A stretch of DNA of 53,983 nt from an uncultured Saprospiraceae bacterium (lineage in GTDB: Bacteria > Bacteroidota > Bacteroidia > Chitinophagales > Saprospiraceae). Of this stretch, positions 8,867-17,570 are shown piece after piece; positions within the stretch are counted from its first letter, which is position 1, and each line of letters starts with the position of its first letter. A program made the translations under genes and the position numbers. The notes under the pieces are model-generated. The model was not told the DNA's origin. It ran no database searches and was given only the letters and a program-made list of their open reading frames with translations. Location: NCBI GenBank assembly GCA_964596135.1, contig CAZQTF010000001.1, positions 1 through 53,983 of the forward strand, written 5' to 3'.

Positions 8867-11014
8867 ATGAGCAAACACCTGTTATTTTACTTTGGATGCA
8901 CCACGATATTCCTAAGTAGTTGTATTCCAAACGATAAAAACAATCATTTTAATGTAATTAAAGTTAACTATCCCAATACCCCCAGGGATTTATCTATTGT
9001 AGATACTTTTTTTGGCGTGCCGGTAGCCGATCCTTATCGCTGGCTGGAAAACCCAAATTCACCAACGACAAAAGACTGGATTGCCCAACAACAACAAGTA
9101 ACGCTGGATTACCTCAGAAAAATTTATTTTCGGGAAACGATCAGAAAACGCCTGCAGGAATTGTGGAATCATGAGCGTTATTCCAGCCCGCAACGAAAGG
9201 GCGATTTTTACTACATATTGAAAAACAATGGATTGCAAAACAAAAATATATTGTATAGATCTCGCACCTTGCAGGATACCAACTGGACCGTAGTACTTGA
9301 TCCCAACGAATTTTCGCGAAATGGTACTTTGGGTCATTTTGCTTTTTCCAATGACGGCTCAATGCTGGCGTACGAAGTATCGGTGGGCGGAGCTGACTGG
9401 CGCACGATTCTATTGCGGGATTTAGAATTCAATCGTCCTTTGCTGGATACTTTGCGTGGAGTCAAATGCAATGAAATTGCCTGGTTTCGCGATGGTTTTT
9501 ATTACAGCCGCTATCCAGCGCCCCGTCAGGGAGAAGCATTTATCGGCAGTAATGTTTTCCATCAGGTTTTTTATCACAAAATAGGCACGCCTCAATCGGA
9601 AGATGTTTTGATATTTGCCGATCGCACGCATCCCAAACGAAATTTTACGGTAAATATCACCGAAGATGAGCGCTTCCTGATTTTATCCGCTATTGAATCC
9701 ACAAACGGTAACGCCCTGTATTTCAAAGATATGTCTTCAAACTCAATAGAATTTGAACCCATCATAGAAAGTTTTAATACAACGTTTCAGTTTGTAGGGA
9801 ATATTGGCGACAATCTTTTGGTGCGTACTAATTATAAAGCACCCAATTATCGGCTGATCGGGATCAATATCAACCGACCGGAAGAGCGCTATTGGGAGGA
9901 GATCATTGCGCCGACCGGCGATGTGCTGCGGGGCGCGTATCTGTTTGGCGGAAAATTGGTAACGGATTACATTCGCGGGGCATCCAGCCGGGTGCGGATT
10001 TTTGATCTTCAAGGCAACATATTGCAGGAAATTCAGCTTCCTGACATTGGTAAAGTGGCGGATTGGCAAGGAGACAGAAACGAGTATCGTTGTTTTTTTT
10101 CTTTTACTTCTTTCACCCGGCCAGCAACCGTTTTTGAACTAAACCTGAATGATTACAGCATCAGCCCTTTCCGGACGCCCCAAGCTTCCTTCAATGGTCG
10201 CGATTACGAAGTCCGACAAATTCGTTACAACAGTTTTGACAATACACAAGTCAATATGTTTATTATTGCCAAAAAAGGTTTAAAAATGGACGGCAAACGC
10301 CCGACGCTACTGGTAGGCAACGGCGGATTAAACATCAGCCTCCTGCCTGAATATAATCACCTTTTTCCGATTATCCTGGAAAATAATGGCGTTTGCGCGG
10401 TAGCAAACATTCGCGGCGGCGGTGAGTTTGGCGAAAACTGGCATCAGGCGGCAGCAAAAACAAGCAAACAAAAGTCGTTTGATGATTTTCAGGCGGCAGC
10501 AGAATATTTGATCACAAATAATTATACATCTGCCGAAAAATTGGCAATTTATGGGCATTCTAATGGTGGTTTGCTCACAGGCGCCTGCGTTACACAACGT
10601 CCCGATCTGTACCGCGTAGCAGTTTCAGCATCAGGCTTGCTCGATATGCTGCGTTATCAACAATTTACTACTGGCTGGATCCTGGCGGACGAGTATGGCA
10701 CCGCGAACAACCAGCAGGAATTTAACGCTTTGAAAACGTATTCACCGGTGCACAACGTGGTGCCGGCAAGATATCCGGCGGTATTGCTCACAACGGCAAC
10801 CCGCGACGACCGGATCGTTTCGATGCACTCCTACAAATTTGCAGCCGAACTGCAGGCAAACCAACAAAATGACTTGCCTGTACTCGTCCGCATTGACGCC
10901 AACGCCGGGCATGATACACATACCAAAACTACATCGCAACAAATAGAAGAAACAGCAGATGTACTGTCGTTTATATTTTACAATTTGCAAGAAAAAGTGG
11001 TCTCTAAAAAATAG
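8867..11014 (+). CDS. prolyl oligopeptidase (S9A family), probable lipoprotein
   Basis: 715 aa with lipobox FLSSC. It has the N-terminal hallmark VADPYRWLEN, the nucleophile elbow GHSNGGLL, and late DDRIV and AGHD, consistent with the Ser-Asp-His triad. Confidence 0.9.
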   Translation: MSKHLLFYFGCTTIFLSSCIPNDKNNHFNVIKVNYPNTPRDLSIVDTFFGVPVADPYRWLENPNSPTTKDWIAQQQQVTLDYLRKIYFRETIRKRLQELWNHERYSSPQRKGDFYYILKNNGLQNKNILYRSRTLQDTNWTVVLDPNEFSRNGTLGHFAFSNDGSMLAYEVSVGGADWRTILLRDLEFNRPLLDTLRGVKCNEIAWFRDGFYYSRYPAPRQGEAFIGSNVFHQVFYHKIGTPQSEDVLIFADRTHPKRNFTVNITEDERFLILSAIESTNGNALYFKDMSSNSIEFEPIIESFNTTFQFVGNIGDNLLVRTNYKAPNYRLIGININRPEERYWEEIIAPTGDVLRGAYLFGGKLVTDYIRGASSRVRIFDLQGNILQEIQLPDIGKVADWQGDRNEYRCFFSFTSFTRPATVFELNLNDYSISPFRTPQASFNGRDYEVRQIRYNSFDNTQVNMFIIAKKGLKMDGKRPTLLVGNGGLNISLLPEYNHLFPIILENNGVCAVANIRGGGEFGENWHQAAAKTSKQKSFDDFQAAAEYLITNNYTSAEKLAIYGHSNGGLLTGACVTQRPDLYRVAVSASGLLDMLRYQQFTTGWILADEYGTANNQQEFNALKTYSPVHNVVPARYPAVLLTTATRDDRIVSMHSYKFAAELQANQQNDLPVLVRIDANAGHDTHTKTTSQQIEETADVLSFIFYNLQEKVVSKK

Positions 11015-11046
11015 GAGAATCTGAGAAACAAGAAAGTAACGAAACA

Positions 11047-11850
11047 GTGGAATTGACATTTTTATTCAAAATAGGATTTTTACCGATTCGCATCTGGGAT
11101 ATTCTCGATGTTCTAATCGTCGGATACCTGATGTATCAATTGTACCGGCTGCTGCGGGGTACGATTGCATTCAACATTTTTATTGGGGTGCTCACGCTGT
11201 ACGTCATTTGGTGGATGGTAGGGCAATTGCAAATGGATCTACTCTCGCAGGTACTCAATCAGTTTGTCAACGTCGGCGTGATTGTGATTGTGGTCGTTTT
11301 CCAACAAGAGATCAGGCGTTTTCTGCTCTTTCTGGGCAATACGACACTGGAGCGACAAGTGCAGTTTGCCGGAAAGTTCTTCGGGCGGGAAGTGGGCGTG
11401 CGGGAGGAATTGGAACGCCAGAAAAATGCGATTCGCGTGGCATTGCTGCGCATGAGCCGCCGCAATACCGGAGCGCTCATCGTGTTGGCAAACGATGTCA
11501 ATCTGGATGGAATTGTAAGCCCGGGCATTTCACTCGATGCAGATATCAGCGAGGCATTGCTGGAGAGCATTTTCAACAAAGAAAGTCCTTTGCACGACGG
11601 CGCCGTCATTATCGCCAATGGCAAAATCCGTTCTGCCAGTTGCATTTTACCGATTTCAGAAAATACCGGTCTGCCCGATTCTGCTGGCATGCGACACCGC
11701 GCAAGCGTTGGCATCAGCGAAAAAGCAAATGTAGCGGCATTCGTTGTCTCAGAAGAAAACGGGCGAATTTCTATGGCGTACAAAGGTCATTTAAAGGAAA
11801 ACCTTAGCGAAGAACAATTGAAAGAATTGCTCGACGAGTACCTGAAATAA
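11047..11850 (+). CDS. cdaA: diadenylate cyclase CdaA (c-di-AMP synthase)
   Basis: GTG start, three N-terminal TM helices, and a DAC domain with the DGA and RHR motifs (PLHDGAVII, GMRHRASVG). Confidence 0.9.
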   Translation: MELTFLFKIGFLPIRIWDILDVLIVGYLMYQLYRLLRGTIAFNIFIGVLTLYVIWWMVGQLQMDLLSQVLNQFVNVGVIVIVVVFQQEIRRFLLFLGNTTLERQVQFAGKFFGREVGVREELERQKNAIRVALLRMSRRNTGALIVLANDVNLDGIVSPGISLDADISEALLESIFNKESPLHDGAVIIANGKIRSASCILPISENTGLPDSAGMRHRASVGISEKANVAAFVVSEENGRISMAYKGHLKENLSEEQLKELLDEYLK

Positions 11851-12389
11851 TGAACAGAATAGAATTTCAACGGATAGAAGAATTTCAAATTAATAGCGCC
11901 TTACATCAATCCATTCAGGGATTGCTGCAATCCTGTTTTGCAGGGTACCCCGAAGGACGGAGTTTTTTTAAACAAATGCCGGACTTTCGATATCTTGCGC
12001 ATTATGAAAACAACCTAGTTGCCCACATGGCAGTAGAACACCGCCAAATCAATAATGCTGGGCAGTTGATTCGTATTTTCGGCATCGCTGATCTGTGTGT
12101 CGCTGAAGCGCACCGACATCAGCGTATTGCCACGAGGCTTCTGACAGAACTGCAAACACTTGGCAAATTACACCAAATAGATTTTCTGGTTTTACAGGCA
12201 CAAAACCATGAATTATATCAGAAAAACGGCTTCCTTTTGCAAAACAACCTTTGTCAATGGCTTCTTATACAAAATAACCAGACACTGGGGGTCGCCCGAC
12301 GGCGCCTGGCACAGAGCCTGATGGTAAAACCGCTGGGCGACAAAAACTGGAAATCAGGTTTAACCGATTTTCTGGGATATGTTTTTTGA
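11850..12389 (+). CDS. GNAT family N-acetyltransferase
   Basis: 179 aa. The acetyl-CoA-binding-like segment is FGIADLCVAEAHRHQRIATRLL. The ATG overlaps the cdaA stop (TAATG at 11848-11852). Confidence 0.6.
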   Translation: MNRIEFQRIEEFQINSALHQSIQGLLQSCFAGYPEGRSFFKQMPDFRYLAHYENNLVAHMAVEHRQINNAGQLIRIFGIADLCVAEAHRHQRIATRLLTELQTLGKLHQIDFLVLQAQNHELYQKNGFLLQNNLCQWLLIQNNQTLGVARRRLAQSLMVKPLGDKNWKSGLTDFLGYVF

Positions 12390-12459
12390 CGAATGCGAAG
12401 CGTTTTACCCATTGATTATTATCTTTACCGCCTGATCCTAACCAATCAAACTATTCATC

Positions 12460-13848
12460 ATGCAAGCAGTACAAAATTATATCAGCAGTAATAAAGAACG
12501 ATTTTTGGAAGAATTGTTCTCCCTGTTGCGTATTCCTTCGGTGAGCGCAGAGCCGAAGCACAAAGAGGATGTATTAAAAACTGCCGACATCATTGCCGAA
12601 CATTTGCTCAAAGCAGGACTGGATAAGGCAGAAGTAATGCCAACTCAGGGCTATCCGGTCGTGTATGGTGAGAAAATCCTGGATAAATCCCTGCCAACGG
12701 TGCTCGTTTATGGTCATTATGATGTGCAGCCGCCCGATCCGCTGGAACTTTGGGAAACAAAGCCATTTGATCCGGTGATCAAAAAAACTGCCATCCATCC
12801 GGATGGAGCGATCTTTGCACGGGGCGCCTGCGACGACAAAGGGCAGTTGTTTATGCACATCAAAGCGGTAGAATCCATGCTTCAAAACAACGCTCTGCCA
12901 TGCAACGTGAAGTTTATGATCGAAGGCGAGGAAGAAGTGGGCTCTAAGAGCCTGCACAGCTTCGTGGCTGCCAACCGCGATTTGCTGGCGTGCGATGTCG
13001 TGCTCGTTTCCGACACTTCCATTATTGCCAATGATACCCCATCCATCACCGTCAGCCTGCGCGGGCTTACGTATATGGAAATTTTTGTAAGCGGTCCTAA
13101 TCGCGACTTGCATTCCGGGGTGTACGGCGGTGCTGTTGCCAATCCGGTCAATGTATTGTGCGACATGATATCCAAATTGCACGATGAAAACCACCAGGTG
13201 ACTATTCCTGGTTTCTATGATGATGTAGTAGAATTGACGCCGCAGCAACGTCAAAAACTGAATCAAGCGCCATTCGACGAATCAAAATACAAAGCCGAAC
13301 TCGGCGTGGATGCCCTCATGGGGGAGCAAGGCTACACGACGCTGGAGCGCGTTGGCATTCGCCCCACGCTGGATGTTAACGGCATCATTGGTGGCTATAC
13401 CGGTGAAGGTGCTAAAACCGTACTCCCGGCAAAAGCAAGCGCCAAAATTTCCATGCGTTTGGTACCCAATCAGGATCCGGAGAAAATCGGAGCGCTTTTT
13501 ACCAAATACATTCAGGAACTCGCTCCCGCCAGCGTCAAGGTAGAAGTACACACGCATTCTACCGGCATGTATAGTCGTACACCGATAGATTCGATCGAAT
13601 ACCAAGCGGCGGAAAAAGCAATGCGGACGACTTTCGGCAAGGACATCATCCCGGCTTACGAGGGAGGCAGCATCCCCATTGCACCAATGATCAACGCAGA
13701 ACTGGGCGCCAATACTGTTTTTATGGGCTTCGGGCTGAATTCCGATGCCCTGCATTCGCCAAATGAGCACTACGGATTGTTCAATTATTATAAAGGCATT
13801 GAAACGATTCCGTATTTTTATCAATACTATGCAGAAATGAAAAAATGA
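12460..13848 (+). CDS. M20 family dipeptidase
   Basis: 462 aa with M20 metal-ligand motifs GHYDVQP, GACDDKGQ and EGEEEVGS, and the C-terminal HSPNEH. Confidence 0.85.
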   Translation: MQAVQNYISSNKERFLEELFSLLRIPSVSAEPKHKEDVLKTADIIAEHLLKAGLDKAEVMPTQGYPVVYGEKILDKSLPTVLVYGHYDVQPPDPLELWETKPFDPVIKKTAIHPDGAIFARGACDDKGQLFMHIKAVESMLQNNALPCNVKFMIEGEEEVGSKSLHSFVAANRDLLACDVVLVSDTSIIANDTPSITVSLRGLTYMEIFVSGPNRDLHSGVYGGAVANPVNVLCDMISKLHDENHQVTIPGFYDDVVELTPQQRQKLNQAPFDESKYKAELGVDALMGEQGYTTLERVGIRPTLDVNGIIGGYTGEGAKTVLPAKASAKISMRLVPNQDPEKIGALFTKYIQELAPASVKVEVHTHSTGMYSRTPIDSIEYQAAEKAMRTTFGKDIIPAYEGGSIPIAPMINAELGANTVFMGFGLNSDALHSPNEHYGLFNYYKGIETIPYFYQYYAEMKK

Positions 13849-13944
13849 TTTATGGCGGAGAAAATGAAGGCATTTGAGAGCGTTGGCAGGCGCCAGTTAG
13901 TTGTATCTCCTTTTATTTTCTCAACTTTCTAAATTTTAAATTCA

Positions 13945-14547
13945 ATGAAAAATATTTCTTTGGTTCTTAATATCGTATTACTGCTTGCAGTAATCTTTCT
14001 GTACATCAAAGTATTTTCTGGAAACAAAACCAATGCTTCAGCCGGTGAAACGAAAGCTGCTGCGGTAGAGGGTACCCTGAAAATCGCTTATGTGAATGCC
14101 GATTCTTTGCTCGCCAATTATGCGTATTTCAAGCAAAAAAGTGAGGAGTTAGCCAAAAAAGAAAAAGACGCCGACGCCAGCCTTCAGGCAAAAGGGCGTG
14201 CATTTGAGCGGGAAATGCAAACCGCGCAGCAAAAAGTGCAGCAGGGTTTACTGGCGCCCAATGAAATTGAGCGGGAACAGCAACGCCTCGCGCAAAAACA
14301 ACAACAATTGCTAACGGAGCGGGAACAGATCACCCAGGCTTTACTCACAGAAAGCCAGAAACTGAATGAAGAGTTGCAAAAAGAAGTACTGGATAGACTG
14401 AAAGCCATCAAAGAAGCCGAAGGGTACGATTTTATTCTTAGCTATGCCGCCGGCGGTCAGATTTTAGTCGCCAACGACAGTCTGGATATTACTAAAAAAG
14501 TACTGGAGGCGCTGAATGCGCAAAAAGAGGAGGCAAAAAAGCAGTAG
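13945..14547 (+). CDS. OmpH/Skp family periplasmic chaperone
   Basis: 200 aa with a signal-anchor. KIAYVNADSLL is followed by a long Q/E/K coiled coil and ends with EGYDFIL...DITKKVLEALN, the typical OmpH layout. Confidence 0.75.
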   Translation: MKNISLVLNIVLLLAVIFLYIKVFSGNKTNASAGETKAAAVEGTLKIAYVNADSLLANYAYFKQKSEELAKKEKDADASLQAKGRAFEREMQTAQQKVQQGLLAPNEIEREQQRLAQKQQQLLTEREQITQALLTESQKLNEELQKEVLDRLKAIKEAEGYDFILSYAAGGQILVANDSLDITKKVLEALNAQKEEAKKQ

Positions 14548-14551
14548 GCTA

Positions 14552-14977
14552 TCAGCAAAGCAGGAGATTGGCTACCTGAGTTAAAGTACCATAAACAATG
14601 GCATTTTGTCCAAAATATTGACCGACTTCGATTGCTGCCGTTTGAGATATTCCAAGAATGAGCAAGCTGACTTCGGGTTCCCAGGTGCAATCAACGCCTA
14701 TCCCCTCACCAATAAAGCCCTGATAACCAGCTTTTTCCACAATTTCAACCAAGTGTTGGTGGCGCAGATTGTTCTCCTGGCGCTCGAGCAGTGTCGAGCC
14801 AGGATTCCAGGCTGTGATAAAAGCCCAACTTTTCACTTGATGCTTTTGGAGAAGCAGATTTAATGCATCATTCGCCTCGCCGATTCGAATTTCTAACGCA
14901 GGATTTTGAACGCGATAAGTCGTTTGCAGATAAGCATCCATAAGCCGTTGGTCTATATTGCGGTAATTATTGTCCAT
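14552..14977 (-). CDS. DUF3293 domain protein
   Basis: 141 aa. The WAFITAWNPGS motif and the size match DUF3293 as I recall it. Confidence 0.55.
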   Translation of the reverse strand: MDNNYRNIDQRLMDAYLQTTYRVQNPALEIRIGEANDALNLLLQKHQVKSWAFITAWNPGSTLLERQENNLRHQHLVEIVEKAGYQGFIGEGIGVDCTWEPEVSLLILGISQTAAIEVGQYFGQNAIVYGTLTQVANLLLC

Positions 14978-15005
14978 AGTTATAAATTAAACCTAAACAA
15001 AGTTG

Positions 15006-15013
15006 TACCTTTG
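15006..15013 (+). promoter_or_regulatory. Bacteroidota-type -7 promoter box (TAnnTTTG) upstream of yidC
   Basis: tacctttg lies 45 nt upstream of the yidC ATG. An identical octamer precedes mlaE. Confidence 0.4.
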
Positions 15014-15057
15014 CGAAGTTTTTTAGAAGAGTATTGCAGAGAAAATTTCAATGTTGA

Positions 15058-16977
15058 ATGGATAGAAACACAATTATAGGGATTGTTCTCATCTTTGCGC
15101 TTTTTATTGTGTGGCAGCAGTTCTTCGTAGCACCGGAAGCAAAAAAGAAAGCAGAAGCCCAAAAACGAATGCAGGATTCCATTGCATTGGCACAGAAGCA
15201 GCAAAAAGATAGCGCCACAACGCTTCAACGCCCAGATACTGCGGGAAATCAGCCAATAGGCAAAACGGCTGAACCGCAGGTGGATTCGATGAAAAATGCA
15301 CAGCATGTGGCAAATTTCGGACCATTTGCCAATGCCGCCAGTGGCAAGGAAGAATTGGTTACGCTTGAAAATGACGTTTTCAAAATCACTTTTTCCAACA
15401 AAGGCGGACGAATTGTAGAAGCTGAACTAAAAAAATTTAGTAAGATTTCGGAAAACGAAAAGAAGAAGGAAGTCAAAAGCCCGCTGCGTTTGCTGGAAGA
15501 TACTAAAGATTATTTTGAGTATTTGCTTCCAGTCAGTGGTGTCCCAAACGGTGTGATCAGCACAAGGGACTTGTATTTCTCAATGGAAAAAACTGATAAC
15601 TCGGTTACTTTCCGCGCCGACGCCGGTAACGGGCGTTTTTTTGAGCAAAAATACACCATCACTCCCGGCACTTACCGGATGGATTATGAGCTTCGCTTTG
15701 AAGGATTGAACAGTGTTTTGGATAAAAATGCAAGGGAAATTCAGCTCCACTGGCTAAATTATCTCGATAAACTTGAAAAAAATACGCACTACGAGCGCAC
15801 TTATTCCACTTCCTATTACAAACCGCTGGATGGTCGCTACAGTTACTGTTCTTACACTTCCAACGATACAGAGGATGCCAGCGGAATTAAAATCAAATGG
15901 GTTTCTCATTCCAATCAGTTTTTCAATAGCTCGCTGATCGCCAAAGAAAGTTTCGGTGGAGCATTGCTGGAAGCCGAACAATTCGATGAGAAAGCAGACG
16001 ATCTGAAAAAACTCAATTCTCTGATTAAAATCCCTTTCAACCAGTCCAGCAGCGAAGCTTTTGCCATGGGCTTTTACATTGGTCCCAACGAATTTGATCG
16101 CCTTCGGGCGCTCGGTCATGAACTGGAAGATGTTATTCCCTTTGGCTGGAGCATTTTTGGTACAATTAATCGCTGGGTCGTCCGCCCTGTTTTCAATTTC
16201 CTGTCCACTTTTATCAGCAGCAAAGGAATCGTTATCCTAATGCTGACATTTCTGGTAAAACTCGCGCTGTATCCACTAACCTACCGAATGCTGTATTCGC
16301 AATCAAAAATGGGCGCTTTAAAACCCCAATTGGAAAGCCTTCGGGATAAATTTAAAGACGATCCTCAGCAGCAGCAGATGGAAACGATGAAAATTTACCG
16401 CGAGTTTGGAGTCAATCCGCTGGGCGGCTGTATGCCAATGCTGCTGCAAATGCCAATCTGGTTTGCGCTGTACCGCTTTTTTCCGGCAGCCATCGAATTT
16501 CGGCAGGCAGCATTCCTCTGGGCAACCGACCTTTCCTCTTATGATGTGTTTTTCCGGCTGCCTTTTGAAGTTCCCCTGGGTTTTGGATCTCACATCAGCT
16601 TATTTACTTTCCTATGGGCAATTACAACGCTCATTTATACTTATTACAACTCAAAACACATGGATTTTTCGGCACAACCTGCCATGAAATACATGCAGTA
16701 CATCATGCCGATCATGTTTTTAGGATTTTTCAACAGCTTTGCTTCGGGTTTGACATGCTACCTTTTGTTTAGTAATGTTTTTAATATTTTGCAAACCATT
16801 ATTACAAAAAATTACATTATTGATCAGGAGAAGATCAAACGCGAACTGGAAGCTTATCGCAAAAAGCCCAAGAAAAAAGGCGGTTTTCAGGAACGCTTGG
16901 AATCAGCGTTGAAAGAACAGCAACGCATTCAGGCGCAACGCCAAGCGGAGCAAAAGAAAAAGAACAGTAAAAAATAA
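15058..16977 (+). CDS. yidC: membrane protein insertase YidC
   Basis: 639 aa with an N-terminal TM helix, a large periplasmic domain, and a C-terminal 60-kDa IMP core (PLGGCMPMLLQMPIWFALY) followed by a basic tail. Confidence 0.9.
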   Translation: MDRNTIIGIVLIFALFIVWQQFFVAPEAKKKAEAQKRMQDSIALAQKQQKDSATTLQRPDTAGNQPIGKTAEPQVDSMKNAQHVANFGPFANAASGKEELVTLENDVFKITFSNKGGRIVEAELKKFSKISENEKKKEVKSPLRLLEDTKDYFEYLLPVSGVPNGVISTRDLYFSMEKTDNSVTFRADAGNGRFFEQKYTITPGTYRMDYELRFEGLNSVLDKNAREIQLHWLNYLDKLEKNTHYERTYSTSYYKPLDGRYSYCSYTSNDTEDASGIKIKWVSHSNQFFNSSLIAKESFGGALLEAEQFDEKADDLKKLNSLIKIPFNQSSSEAFAMGFYIGPNEFDRLRALGHELEDVIPFGWSIFGTINRWVVRPVFNFLSTFISSKGIVILMLTFLVKLALYPLTYRMLYSQSKMGALKPQLESLRDKFKDDPQQQQMETMKIYREFGVNPLGGCMPMLLQMPIWFALYRFFPAAIEFRQAAFLWATDLSSYDVFFRLPFEVPLGFGSHISLFTFLWAITTLIYTYYNSKHMDFSAQPAMKYMQYIMPIMFLGFFNSFASGLTCYLLFSNVFNILQTIITKNYIIDQEKIKRELEAYRKKPKKKGGFQERLESALKEQQRIQAQRQAEQKKKNSKK

Positions 16978-17543
16978 TGTTCAAAAATATAATATGCGGG
17001 GTATGGGGAGGAATGTTGTTATTACTCACTGCCTGCAACCGAAAGGCAGCTAATGCGACACTCCCTCCAATACCCGCCGTCGTGGATGCATCCAGGCTGG
17101 AAGAAGCCAATAAGGCAGCGCATCGGCAACAGGAACTAACAGACAGCCTTGCACAGCCGCATCTAATGTTTCTGCTTAAACGAACCGGCTGCTATGGTAC
17201 ATGCCCGGTATTCGAGGCGAAGGTTTACTCCAATGGGCGAGCTACTTACGACGGAATCCGGCACGTGCAGAGAATTGGCTTATTCGAAGCACTGGTTGAC
17301 AGTAATTGGATACAAATCATGCTTGACTCAGCGCTATCTATTCAATATCTGTCTTTCGAAGATCAATATCCGATCGGCTCCGAATCTATCCCAGACCTAC
17401 CTACCACAACAACTAAAGTCTTTTGGAATAACCAGGAAAAAACAGTAGAAAACAACTTTGGCAGCCCCAAAAGCCTGAGGAACTTCGAAGATTTCCTGGA
17501 ATCGGAACTCGAGAAGTTGCAATGGGTTAAAAGAGAGCATTAA
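16977..17543 (+). CDS. lipoprotein, DUF6438-like
   Basis: 188 aa with lipobox LLLTAC. The motif TGCYGTCPVFEAKVYSNGRATYDG resembles the DUF6438 CxGxCP signature. The ATG overlaps the yidC stop (TAATG). Confidence 0.5.
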   Translation: MFKNIICGVWGGMLLLLTACNRKAANATLPPIPAVVDASRLEEANKAAHRQQELTDSLAQPHLMFLLKRTGCYGTCPVFEAKVYSNGRATYDGIRHVQRIGLFEALVDSNWIQIMLDSALSIQYLSFEDQYPIGSESIPDLPTTTTKVFWNNQEKTVENNFGSPKSLRNFEDFLESELEKLQWVKREH

Positions 17544-17570
17544 TACCCCGATACCAATTAACTCTTTCTT

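Noticed and set aside
11208-11807. A 199-aa ORF in an alternative frame and a 174-aa antisense ORF (11259..11783), both lying entirely inside cdaA.
   Set aside because: The translations are Arg/Cys/Ser-rich and low in complexity, which is typical of off-frame reading of a real gene. cdaA carries clear family motifs in its own frame.
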